DNA of 34,419 nt from contig MFGW01000180.1 of the NCBI GenBank assembly GCA_001780385.1, positions 23,935 through 58,353 on the forward strand, given 5' to 3'. Each line of letters opens with the position of its first letter. Position 1 is the first letter of the stretch. Of the stretch, positions 1 to 8,478 are shown piece by piece. The notes under the pieces are model-generated. The model ran no database searches. It saw nothing but the letters and a program-made list of their open reading frames with translations, and was not told where the DNA came from. Source of the stretch: Candidatus Fischerbacteria bacterium RBG_13_37_8. GTDB lineage: Bacteria; Acidobacteriota; HRBIN11; MFGW01. The position numbers and the translations under genes were made by a program.

Positions 1-324
1 GGTGCATTGTGGTTTCGTGACACACATCTGCCGCTTCCGCTAGGTGGTCTCGCAATTAGAAAAAATCTTGCCATAGAAGATAAAATATTTCTTGTAGAAC
101 TCATTAAAGAAAGTCTTGCCTACTCTCTTAATAATTTTGATGAAGCATTTCTCTATGCAAGTAAATACAGCAGAAATGCACCGGCAGAAACTATCAAAAA
201 ATTTATTAAAATGTATGTCAATGATTTAACCATGGATTATGGTGAACAGGGGATACAGGCACTCAAAATATTTTCACAAAAATTTCAACTGCCCGATATT
301 TCCCAATCATTAATCACGCTTTAA
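1..324 (+). CDS. mqnD: Menaquinone biosynthesis (futalosine pathway) MqnA/MqnD-family protein, most like 1,4-dihydroxy-6-naphthoate synthase; C-terminal fragment, 5' end outside the window
   Basis: Frame-1 ORF is open to the window edge (the track starts it at an internal TTG at 7). The motifs LPLPLGGLAIRKNL and KMYVNDLTMDYGEQG match my memory of the conserved C-terminal half of the VitK2_biosynth (MqnA/MqnD) family. Stop TAA at 322-324. Confidence 0.6.
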   Translation, partial: GALWFRDTHLPLPLGGLAIRKNLAIEDKIFLVELIKESLAYSLNNFDEAFLYASKYSRNAPAETIKKFIKMYVNDLTMDYGEQGIQALKIFSQKFQLPDISQSLITL

Positions 325-385
325 CCATTCCCATTTTACAGGCTTAAAGTTCAAGGTTCGAGTAAGCTTCGCATTCTTTATTCTG

Positions 386-415
386 CCCACTGATCACTGC
401 CCACTGGCCACTGAT
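386..415. repeat. Heptamer tandem repeat (CACTGNN) x4
   Basis: CACTG recurs at 388, 395, 402 and 409, an exact 7-nt period, in the intergenic region between convergent genes. Confidence 0.6.
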
Positions 416-450
416 TCCCTATTCCGAACAAGTCGGAACCCAAAGGGAAA

Positions 451-529
451 AACCACAGAGAACCTAGCGTTTTAAGCAAGCAAGGCTTGCTTAAAACGCT
501 AGGTTCTCTGTGGTTCAATTTTTTTTTTT
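451..529. terminator. Very long perfect hairpin with a T-tract; likely bidirectional rho-independent terminator between convergent genes
   Basis: Positions 451-481 (aaccacagagaacctagcgttttaagcaagc) are the exact reverse complement of 485-515, giving a 31-bp stem and 3-nt loop. A T-run follows at 519-529 and an A-run (447-451) precedes it. The hairpin lies between the mqnD stop (324) and the glycerate kinase stop (555). Confidence 0.75.
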
Positions 530-554
530 GCCAAAAATGCAAGAATTTCGCGAA

Positions 555-1883
555 CTAGGGACTATTCCCCAACAATATTACTCTTAAATCCATTACATTT
601 GTATTCGTAGGGCCGGTAATGATGAGATTGCCAAGTTGTTTATAAAAAGTATATGAATCATTATTGGCGAGATATTGTTCCGGATCTAAGCTCATAGCAA
701 GTGCTTTGCGATAGGACGAGCCGTCGCAAAAAGCACCGGCTGCATCGGTGGGACCATCTGTGCCATCTGTTCCGATACAGAAAGCACGATAATCAGGCAA
801 ATCCTTTAATTCCAGCAATAATGCTAGCGCAAAATGCATATTTCTGCCGCCTTTACCTTTTCCTTTAACCTGCACGGTTGTTTCACCACCTGACAGGAGG
901 CAGAGTCGTTTAGAAGAATCCTGTAAATTTTTTAATTCGTTTTTTATAAATTCAGCATGTTGGTGCACTGCTTGTTCTGTATCTCCCTGAATAGTAGTAG
1001 AAATAATCTTTGTGTCATAATTCAGCGAGGATGCTTTTTGTTGAGCGGATTGCACGGCAATAAGATTGCTGCCTACTATTATATTGGACACATTCGCAAA
1101 TACCGGGTCGTGTTCTTTTACTGTCTCAGGATGGTTTCCATTACTGCCTTTTTGTATATACTGAATGATGTTCGGGGGAAGCACATTCTGCAAATGATAC
1201 TTCGCAACAATAGCTTCGCAATCGGTAAATGTTGTGCTATCCGGTGCAGTAGGACCTGATGCAATTGAATTCAATCTATCACCTATCACATCTGAAAGTA
1301 TGAGACTTACCACCGTTGCAGGATATGCCGCACGAGCCAGTTTTCCTCCTTTTATCTTCGATATGTGTTTGCGGATAGCATTTATTTCATCAATAGAAGC
1401 ACCGCACGCTATTAAATGATTTGTAGCAATCTGTTTTTCTTCGAGAGTAATACTATCTTCCGGTAAGGGAAGCAATGCTGATCCTCCTCCGGAAATTAAT
1501 ACTATCAAGAGATCTTTTTCAGCTAAATGTTCCGCAATATTCATTATGCGATTCGCACCTTCCATTCCGGAATAATCAGGAATCGGATGTGATGCTTCAT
1601 TTATGTTTATTTTCTTTAATGATTCCAAATGTCCATATTTAACATTCAGGTAACCCCCGGAGATCAAATCAGGCATTATTTCTTCAATTGCTTTTGCCAT
1701 GGAAGCAACCGCTTTTCCTGCTCCCACAACCATTACCCTTTCATAATTATCAAGAGAAAAATGTTTTTCTTTTACGATTAATTCATTGTCCTGTCTCTTT
1801 GCGCTATTGCGAACGCATACCTCACCCTTTACCGCTTCTATTGCTGAATGAATTATTTGCATTGCATCTTTATGCATTTGCAT
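555..1883 (-). CDS. Glycerate 2-kinase / hydroxypyruvate reductase family (DUF4147 + MOFRL domains)
   Basis: 442-aa ORF with family-typical motifs: VVGAGKAVASMA, EASHPIPD, LISGGGSALL, IRKHISKIKGGKLA, LSGGETTV, GKGGRNMHFALA, GTDGTDGPTDAAGA, ITGPTNTNVMD. Confidence 0.85.
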   Translation of the reverse strand: MQMHKDAMQIIHSAIEAVKGEVCVRNSAKRQDNELIVKEKHFSLDNYERVMVVGAGKAVASMAKAIEEIMPDLISGGYLNVKYGHLESLKKININEASHPIPDYSGMEGANRIMNIAEHLAEKDLLIVLISGGGSALLPLPEDSITLEEKQIATNHLIACGASIDEINAIRKHISKIKGGKLARAAYPATVVSLILSDVIGDRLNSIASGPTAPDSTTFTDCEAIVAKYHLQNVLPPNIIQYIQKGSNGNHPETVKEHDPVFANVSNIIVGSNLIAVQSAQQKASSLNYDTKIISTTIQGDTEQAVHQHAEFIKNELKNLQDSSKRLCLLSGGETTVQVKGKGKGGRNMHFALALLLELKDLPDYRAFCIGTDGTDGPTDAAGAFCDGSSYRKALAMSLDPEQYLANNDSYTFYKQLGNLIITGPTNTNVMDLRVILLGNSP

Positions 1884-1933
1884 GAAAATTCTTAAATCCC
1901 TTCCGATGGTTCATCTTGAACCTTTTTGTCTTT

Positions 1934-1963
1934 GAGGGCAGACACATGGGTCTGCCCCTACAC
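1934..1963 (+). repeat. GC-rich palindromic intergenic repeat, copy A (GGGCAGAC-n6-GTCTGCCC-CTAC)
   Basis: 8-bp GC-rich stem (1936-1943 pairing with 1950-1957) in otherwise AT-rich DNA. Near-identical copies at 3098-3127 and, inverted, at 25631-25656. Confidence 0.85.
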
Positions 1964-1981
1964 TTTATGGATTTATTAATA

Positions 1982-3028
1982 TTAAAACAGCGATAGCTTG
2001 ATATGAAGATATTTTTTCGGGTTCTCTCGAATATCAGTAAGAAGAAGACGTGCTTCCTGTATAAACCTGTTGGAATTTTCATACAGTGTTTTATCCTGTG
2101 CAAGTTTACCGATAGTGCCCCTGCCTTTTGCGATATCTTCTGCCACCGGGACAAATGCTTGAGTCAATGTAGCAATATTATTGTATAATTTTTCATCTGT
2201 CATTATTTTCCCGAGAGTTCCTTTTCCTTCATGTAAATTTTTTATTAATGCTGCTATTTCATTAGAAGATTCAGTAAGGTTTTTTGAGAATGTATCATCC
2301 ACGATAAGTCTTCCTATTCCTTTATTTCCTTCTTTTAAATTGGTAGCAATATCAGAAAAGGTGGAGGAAACATTTTTTATATCTTCATAGATATTCTGGT
2401 CATTTACCAGTTTCGCTATGCTTCCATTTCCATCATTGATTTTACTAGCAAGAGATAATAATTCCTTATGCAATTTGTCATTGATAATAAGCTGGCCAAT
2501 CGTACCTTTCCCATCACGAATATCTGCTGCAATTACATCTAATGAAGATGCTGCTGTATTAATATTCGTAATAGCGTCAGTTGCCTGTGTAATTAATTCA
2601 TCTATTTCAGCGCCAGTCGAACCTTTTATTAGTCCATTATCTTCAATTTCTTCCAGTCCGGGCGAACCAATGGTAATATCTATGTATTTATCTCCTAATG
2701 CGCCCATCGTTTTTACATTTGCCACGGAATCAGTTCGTATCCATGGTTTATATTTATCACTGATTTTCATAGTAACGGCTACTTTTTTAAGATCATGCCG
2801 AAAATATACATCATCCACAAGTCCTACTTCGACACCGGCAAGCATCACCAAGGAGGCAGTCTTGATGCCATTTACATTCGTCAGATATGTGATAAGCGTA
2901 TATTTTCTGCTGAAAAGCGGCACCTCTTTTCCAATTAATAAAATAGTAGCAGCGAGCAAAAATATCGCCAGGAAAAGCATTATGCCAACTTTGATATCTT
3001 TCCATGATAATTTTTTATCTTTTCTCAT
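1982..3028 (-). CDS. MCE/MlaD-family protein with a long repeat-containing C-terminal extension
   Basis: N-terminal TM (IKVGIMLFLAIFLLAATILLI) followed by an MCE-type domain (VNGIKTASLVMLAGVEVGLVDDV, GDKYIDI). Five roughly 30-aa repeats of the G-x-G-[TS]-[IL]-[GA]-[KQR]-L-x-x-D-x-x-[LI]-[YH] type follow: GKGTIGQLIINDKLH, GNGSIAKLVNDQNIY, NKGIGRLIVDDTF, GKGTLGKIMTDEKLY, GRGTIGKLAQDKTLY. Confidence 0.8.
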   Translation of the reverse strand: MRKDKKLSWKDIKVGIMLFLAIFLLAATILLIGKEVPLFSRKYTLITYLTNVNGIKTASLVMLAGVEVGLVDDVYFRHDLKKVAVTMKISDKYKPWIRTDSVANVKTMGALGDKYIDITIGSPGLEEIEDNGLIKGSTGAEIDELITQATDAITNINTAASSLDVIAADIRDGKGTIGQLIINDKLHKELLSLASKINDGNGSIAKLVNDQNIYEDIKNVSSTFSDIATNLKEGNKGIGRLIVDDTFSKNLTESSNEIAALIKNLHEGKGTLGKIMTDEKLYNNIATLTQAFVPVAEDIAKGRGTIGKLAQDKTLYENSNRFIQEARLLLTDIRENPKKYLHIKLSLF

Positions 3029-3097
3029 TTTTTTCCTCCATTTAATTTCTTATTTCTTCTCTATAATTAAAAAGATTATTCAATTCTCCGTGCCTTT

Positions 3098-3127
3098 AAG
3101 GGCGGACACATGGGTCCGCCCCTACTA
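3098..3127 (+). repeat. GC-rich palindromic intergenic repeat, copy B (GGGCGGAC-n6-GTCCGCCC-CTAC)
   Basis: Same element as 1934-1963. Its two differences (A to G at stem position 5, T to C at the pairing partner) are compensatory. It sits in the 100-nt gap between the ABC ATPase stop and the MCE start. Confidence 0.85.
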
Positions 3128-3128
3128 T

Positions 3129-3926
3129 TTATTCTTGTAAAAGAAATTCCTGGATATAACTGCTTGTAGATTTTTGTAAATCACAAAATGTTCCACTGAA
3201 ACTTATTTTACCTTGTTCTAACAGAAAAAAGATACAATCAGGATTACCTCCTTCTATAGAATTATACACGACCTGATTACCTTTTTGTTCAGCTTTCAAC
3301 ATTGCAAGGAGCAATGTTTCCTCAAATTGATTTGAAATTACTAAAGAAGTGATACCTCTCATATCACGCAATTTTATGATTACCTTCATTATTGTCCTGG
3401 CGGTCATTGGGTCAAGACCTGCCGCAGGATCATCATATAATAAAAGGGCTGGAAAAGGCGAAAGTGCTCGTGCAATAGAAACACGCTTTTTCATTCCTCC
3501 GCTTAATTCTGATGGATATTTTTTTTCTGTCGCTTCTAATTCTACTAACCGAAGTACTTCCTGCACTCTTGATTCTATATCTACTTCATCCAATACAAGT
3601 CTCTCAACTAAAGGATATGCTACATTCTCTTCTACCGTTAATGAATCAAATAGAGCACTCTCTTGAAAAATAATTCCCATCTCTTTTCTTATTTCATACA
3701 ATTCCTCTTCTTTAAACTGAACTATATCCTTTCCATTTATGAGAATTTCACCCTCATCCGGTTTTATTAATCCAACTATAAGTTTAAAAATAGTAGATTT
3801 TCCTGATTCATTTTCACCAATAAAAATACCCATCTGTCCTTTGTTCAGTGAAAATGTTGATCCTTTTAAAATATGATGATCATTATATGAAAAATGTACA
3901 TCATTAAAAGTAATAATCGGCTGCAT
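3129..3926 (-). CDS. ABC transporter ATP-binding protein, MlaF-like, with degenerate catalytic motifs
   Basis: Walker A GENESGKST, Q-loop GIIFQESALF and signature LSGGMKKRVSIARAL are present. Walker B region reads LLLYDDPAAGLDP (GAT GAT read directly from the DNA), so Asp replaces the catalytic Glu. The H-loop position reads LVISNQF, so the usual His is absent. Confidence 0.85.
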   Translation of the reverse strand: MQPIITFNDVHFSYNDHHILKGSTFSLNKGQMGIFIGENESGKSTIFKLIVGLIKPDEGEILINGKDIVQFKEEELYEIRKEMGIIFQESALFDSLTVEENVAYPLVERLVLDEVDIESRVQEVLRLVELEATEKKYPSELSGGMKKRVSIARALSPFPALLLYDDPAAGLDPMTARTIMKVIIKLRDMRGITSLVISNQFEETLLLAMLKAEQKGNQVVYNSIEGGNPDCIFFLLEQGKISFSGTFCDLQKSTSSYIQEFLLQE

Positions 3927-3934
3927 CGCTTATT

Positions 3935-5062
3935 TCAAATATATTGTTTATATAAAGAAATTAATGTTCTTATATCATCATCAATAGTAATTGGTGATAC
4001 AGTACTATTATAACTTTTTTGCAGAATATGTAAAACATCATCCGGATTATTAATAATAAATCCTGCTTTCTGTTCTTCAATGAAAGTTTTTATTTGAGAA
4101 TAATTGCCCGCCAGAATTGTTAATCCTGCTGCCATGAAATCAAATATTTTGCAGGGAAGATACGTATTGAAAAATATTTCCTTTTCATATTGATAAGATG
4201 GAGGGATGAGACCATAATCATACTGGCTTAATTCATAGATAAAATTCGTGTATCCTTCTATGCTTTTATGTAAATGGAAAAATACATTTTGTTTCATTTG
4301 AGTCAATTCATTCTTTATCTTATCATTTTTTACCAGAGGATATATATGCAATTGAAGACCTCTATTGCAAAGTTGCCGTATAAAATCAAGCGCTCCTTCA
4401 TTAATATGACCATGGTAGACAATCGTTTTCTCATGAGTTTGAGCCGATACTTTTAATTTTCTGCTTTCAGGAAGCATTTGACTTAAAGGTGCATTTTTAA
4501 GCACAAGCTTCTTTTTATTACCAGGCGCCATTGTATTGATTACTTGCAATGACATCTGGGAATCACATGATACTACATCTGAAGAATGAATAGCGTGTAT
4601 TTCCAGCTTTTTTAAAAAATACTTCTTTACCGGCACAAATACTCTTTTAAATCCTGGATAAAGCAGATAATGAGGAAAAATCGATTGAATTTCTCTGAAA
4701 TGATGAAAAACTGGTTTCTTTAAATATTTTTTTGCCAATACAGGAATATAGTCTGGTGTTATTGTTTGAATAACATCTATGTTTTTATTGTGTTCGATCT
4801 CCAGAAGTGTTTTACGCCATGCTGCTGAATGCAGAAAAATATATTTCAAAGTTTTTTCTAAATAGCCAATCTTTTTATGGTAGACAGATGAGTCTAATGC
4901 GGTATCATAACCCAGTTTTTTCCATAATGAAGAAAAATCAACAGATTCACTTATCGTAACTACATTGCATCGATTATCTGATAATAATTTGATGCCCTGG
5001 ATCAATTTGATAATCGTTGGACATGGTTCCTGCATTAGAACAAGTACATTTATTTTTTTCAT
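3935..5062 (-). CDS. GT-B fold glycosyltransferase-like protein (GT4/GT1-like), function unknown
   Basis: The C-terminal region YLPCKIFDFMAAGLTILAGNYSQIKTFIEEQKAGFII resembles the nucleotide-sugar-binding motif of GT-B enzymes. The N-terminal MKKINVLVL resembles a Rossmann beta-1 strand. Start moved from the TTG at 5089 to ATG 5062, which is preceded by AGGTG. Confidence 0.45.
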   Translation of the reverse strand: MKKINVLVLMQEPCPTIIKLIQGIKLLSDNRCNVVTISESVDFSSLWKKLGYDTALDSSVYHKKIGYLEKTLKYIFLHSAAWRKTLLEIEHNKNIDVIQTITPDYIPVLAKKYLKKPVFHHFREIQSIFPHYLLYPGFKRVFVPVKKYFLKKLEIHAIHSSDVVSCDSQMSLQVINTMAPGNKKKLVLKNAPLSQMLPESRKLKVSAQTHEKTIVYHGHINEGALDFIRQLCNRGLQLHIYPLVKNDKIKNELTQMKQNVFFHLHKSIEGYTNFIYELSQYDYGLIPPSYQYEKEIFFNTYLPCKIFDFMAAGLTILAGNYSQIKTFIEEQKAGFIINNPDDVLHILQKSYNSTVSPITIDDDIRTLISLYKQYI

Positions 5063-5115
5063 GTCGCACCTGTTTTGTGCTTCCCTCAATGCACACAGAT
5101 TGTGGAATAATAAGC

Positions 5116-6009
5116 TTATTGAAAAAATAAACTATGCGGAATAAAGTATACCAATGCAGTAAGAAGTATACCAACAATTAGCCATGTACAAAATGTTCTT
5201 TTGCTTATTCTATTTTTAAAAGGTGAGATAGTTAATCTGTCTCCGCTCCTTAAAAATAAAAGAATTCCCCAGTACAAGACAACAAATAGACTTTTATTAT
5301 CCGTAATATCATCGCCGAAAGGAATGCCATTCCAACCAGTGCCAAATACTACATAAGCGATATAATATCCAATGATCAATGTCGAAAAAGTAAATGATAT
5401 CCAACTCCAGAGCACTATGCTGTATGTTTTTTTAAAGACAGAAGAAAGCATCCGGTTATCACTCCGAGTTTGCAAAAATACCAGCGCATAATATAATCCA
5501 TGCAAAAGCAGTATAGCAGCTCCAAGAACCATGACTACATGTATGACTACTAATAATTTCTTCGGTCGTCCTTCATACGTAACATAAGGCAAAGGTTTTT
5601 GAGGAGCCCATTCCGGTATCCTGACTATAGTAGTTTGAGAACCTTCTTTATAATTAATCTCAATATAATAAAAATACCGTTCCCCTTTTTGTAAACTTGG
5701 TATTTCTACTGCCCAATTACTTCCCTCGCCAATTTGATAAAAAGATGCCTGCTGATAATTCATTTCCATTTTCTTCTTAAAATGAGCAATAACAGTTTCG
5801 ATTGTAACATCCTTGAATGGTACTACTGAAAGCAACATTAAATGCGTTCTTCCTTCAAATTCATCATCATCCGGAACAAAAACATATCCAATAGGCTGCA
5901 CTGGATTCATCTTGCGATACATGTCCGGATTAATAATCGAATAGAAAATGAAGGCAAGCGCTAACGCCCCTAATAATGCCGTAATTATAAACGCTGCTTT
6001 ATTTTGCAC
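5116..6009 (-). CDS. Polytopic membrane protein of unknown function, start overlapping the ftsZ stop
   Basis: The GTG start overlaps the ftsZ TAG by 1 nt (TAGTG). Architecture: N-terminal TM (AAFIITALLGALALAFIFYSII), a roughly 130-aa extracytoplasmic domain, then about 4 TMs carrying His residues (IHVVMVLGAAILLLHGLYY, FIPHS) and the loop GWNGIPFGDDITDNKSLFVVLYW. Confidence 0.6.
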   Translation of the reverse strand: MQNKAAFIITALLGALALAFIFYSIINPDMYRKMNPVQPIGYVFVPDDDEFEGRTHLMLLSVVPFKDVTIETVIAHFKKKMEMNYQQASFYQIGEGSNWAVEIPSLQKGERYFYYIEINYKEGSQTTIVRIPEWAPQKPLPYVTYEGRPKKLLVVIHVVMVLGAAILLLHGLYYALVFLQTRSDNRMLSSVFKKTYSIVLWSWISFTFSTLIIGYYIAYVVFGTGWNGIPFGDDITDNKSLFVVLYWGILLFLRSGDRLTISPFKNRISKRTFCTWLIVGILLTALVYFIPHSLFFQ

Positions 6010-7208
6010 TAGGTCTTCATGTCTTTTAATTTTCGTTTATAGGCCGGTATCATGAATTCAGCTTCTTCACCATCAAATTTTACATCATAGAGATCTTCAA
6101 GTGTGCTCGGTGTAGGAGTTTTGCCTCGATAAAAATTCGTTGATTCATTCTTCGTAGCTGGCTGTTCTACTGCTGTTACAGAAATAGCACGTTGTTTTGT
6201 TTCCAGTGTTTTTAAACTATCTGGCAATCCACTGATTATCACAGTAAATTTAATCGCTTCTCCCAATGAATCATCAATGTAGGCACCCCAGTATATATTA
6301 GCCTCAGCATGAAGTTTTTGCCTCACTATTGTAATGGCAGAATTTATCTCCTGCATCCCTAAATTTTGATCACTAAATACTATGATAAGCGCTGCTTCAG
6401 AACCTTCTATGGAAACTTCCTCAAGTAATGGAGAAGAAATTGCATTTTCAATAGCTTGAATTGCCCTGTTTTCACCTTTCGCCATACCCGTACCCATTAA
6501 CGCACGTCCCTTATTTTGTAATACAGCCTGTACATCCGTTAAATCACGATTTACTAATCCTTTCTTCAAAATAAGCTCTGATACACCTTTGACCGCCTGC
6601 TTCAACACTTCATTGGATTGCATAAATGATTCCTTCAACGTGGTAGATTTATCACTGAGCTTTAATAATTTCTCATTCGGTACCACGATATATGAATCAA
6701 CTTTCGTTCGCAAATTCTCTATGCCTTCCATTGCCTGTCTCATTCTTTGTCCACTTTCAAATGCAAAAGGTGTTGTCACTACGCCTACGGTTAGTATATT
6801 TAATTCTTTCGCTGCTTCCGCTATTATCGGACTGGCGCCGGTTCCTGTACCACCGCCCATTCCGGCAGTTATCCACACAAGATTAGCGCCTTCCAGTATC
6901 TCAATAATCTTTTCCTTATCCTCTATCGCAGCCTGTTTCCCTCTCTCAGGATCACCACCTGTTCCTAATCCTCGACATAATGAATCCCCTATCTGCACTT
7001 TAATATCTGCAAGCGAAGTCTCTAATGCCTGCGCATCCGTATTCACCGCTATAAATTCAACTCCATCCATGTTCGACTTGATCAATTCATCTACTACATT
7101 ATTACCGGCTCCCCCTACCCCTATAACTTTTATGCGCGCTATCGCAGACGTATCATCAATTGATATTTTGACCTCAGGAATATCACTTTTCAGCAAATAT
7201 TCATCCAT
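6009..7208 (-). CDS. ftsZ: Cell division GTPase FtsZ
   Basis: Tubulin-signature motifs GVGGAGNNVV and GGGTGTGASPIIAE, a C-terminal anchor-binding type tail EFMIPAYKRKL, and position directly after ftsA. Confidence 0.97.
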   Translation of the reverse strand: MDEYLLKSDIPEVKISIDDTSAIARIKVIGVGGAGNNVVDELIKSNMDGVEFIAVNTDAQALETSLADIKVQIGDSLCRGLGTGGDPERGKQAAIEDKEKIIEILEGANLVWITAGMGGGTGTGASPIIAEAAKELNILTVGVVTTPFAFESGQRMRQAMEGIENLRTKVDSYIVVPNEKLLKLSDKSTTLKESFMQSNEVLKQAVKGVSELILKKGLVNRDLTDVQAVLQNKGRALMGTGMAKGENRAIQAIENAISSPLLEEVSIEGSEAALIIVFSDQNLGMQEINSAITIVRQKLHAEANIYWGAYIDDSLGEAIKFTVIISGLPDSLKTLETKQRAISVTAVEQPATKNESTNFYRGKTPTPSTLEDLYDVKFDGEEAEFMIPAYKRKLKDMKT

Positions 7209-7229
7209 CTATTAACCTCCTTTTATATT

Positions 7230-8459
7230 TTATTCAAAAATCATTATTATTTTATTTACGACTCTCTTTAACCATGATTTGTCAAGATCATATTTCTCAC
7301 CTAATTTTAAACTCTCAGAACCATGTTTTACTAAACCTACTGAACTTGCAAATACCGGATTATCAATAACATCATTCAATCCTTCTGCTCCGTAAGGCTT
7401 TCCAATCCTGACATTTAAATCAAATATCGCCTGTGCCATATCTGCCATCCCTTCCAATAACGCTCCCCCTCCTGTTATTACAATGCCAGCAGTTAAATAT
7501 TGATATAAATCCACTCTCCTTAATTCATCCTTGATCTTCACAAATATTTCCTCGGCCCTCGGCTTCACAATTTCATTGATTATCTGCTTGCTCAACACCT
7601 TGCGAGTGGCTCCTCCAACCGTCTGTATCTCTATCGTCTCATCTTCACTTACAAAAGTCGGCGAAGCTGAAGCATATTTTTTCTTTATCCGCTCCGCCTC
7701 CTCTAATGAAGTCCTTACTCCAATAGAAATATCATTGGTAAAATTATTCCCTCCCATGGGTAAAACAAACGTATGCCATAAACTCCCATTATCAAATACA
7801 GCAAGCGATGATGTCCCACCTCCAATATCTATCAATGCTACCCCTAATTTCTTCTCATCCTCACGCAATACTCCTATACTGCCAGCTAACTGCTCCAATA
7901 CCGGTACCACCTTCGGTATCCCGGCTCGATTTACACATTCTACTAAATTTCGTAATGCTATGTTACTGCACGTTACTATGTGCGCATTCACCTCTAATTT
8001 GCTGCATAACATGCTCATCGGATCTATTATGCTGGGATGATCATCTACTATAAACTCCTGCGGTATTACATGCAATAAATACTTATCCTGTGGTATGGAA
8101 ATATTCTTCGATGCCTCCAATACCCGGTTGATATCATCCCTCGTTACCTTGCGCCCCTGTGACGATACCGTTATAACTCCTCGTGAATTAAATCCTATTA
8201 TATGACTCCCGCTTATCCCTACAAATACCTTCTCTATACTCACTCCTGACATTAGCTCAGCATCCCCTACCGCCTTCTTTATGCACTCTATCACAGGCTC
8301 CATCGCTACCACTACCCCCCTTGATACTCCCTTCGATTCTACCGTCCCATACCCTATCACACTTAATATGCCATCCTCACGTAATTCCCCTATTAAAGCA
8401 CATACCTTGCTCGTCCCTATATCTAATCCTACAATGTAATGCTCTTTTCTCGACATCAT
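7230..8459 (-). CDS. ftsA: Cell division protein FtsA (actin-like ATPase)
   Basis: Motifs GLDIGTSKVCALIGE and LIDIGGGTSSLAVF, plus GIVITGGGALLEG. Lies between ftsQ and ftsZ. Confidence 0.95.
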   Translation of the reverse strand: MMSRKEHYIVGLDIGTSKVCALIGELREDGILSVIGYGTVESKGVSRGVVVAMEPVIECIKKAVGDAELMSGVSIEKVFVGISGSHIIGFNSRGVITVSSQGRKVTRDDINRVLEASKNISIPQDKYLLHVIPQEFIVDDHPSIIDPMSMLCSKLEVNAHIVTCSNIALRNLVECVNRAGIPKVVPVLEQLAGSIGVLREDEKKLGVALIDIGGGTSSLAVFDNGSLWHTFVLPMGGNNFTNDISIGVRTSLEEAERIKKKYASASPTFVSEDETIEIQTVGGATRKVLSKQIINEIVKPRAEEIFVKIKDELRRVDLYQYLTAGIVITGGGALLEGMADMAQAIFDLNVRIGKPYGAEGLNDVIDNPVFASSVGLVKHGSESLKLGEKYDLDKSWLKRVVNKIIMIFE

Positions 8460-8478
8460 CTGTCTCTTAATTGCTCCT

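Noticed and set aside
324-555. Possible tRNA or small RNA gene in the mqnD/glycerate-kinase intergenic region
   Set aside because: No cloverleaf can be drawn. The region is explained by a heptamer array plus a 31-bp terminator-like hairpin.
2418-3140. 240-aa plus-strand ORF
   Set aside because: It lies entirely antisense to the well-supported MCE gene and runs into palindromic repeat copy B (RADTWVRPYY). It has a low-complexity Ser/Ile-rich composition and no start signals, so it is a shadow ORF.
6589-7215. 208-aa plus-strand ORF (also 6692-6886)
   Set aside because: Antisense to ftsZ. Its Pro/Ser/Ala-rich translation mirrors the Gly-rich FtsZ motifs, so it is a shadow ORF.
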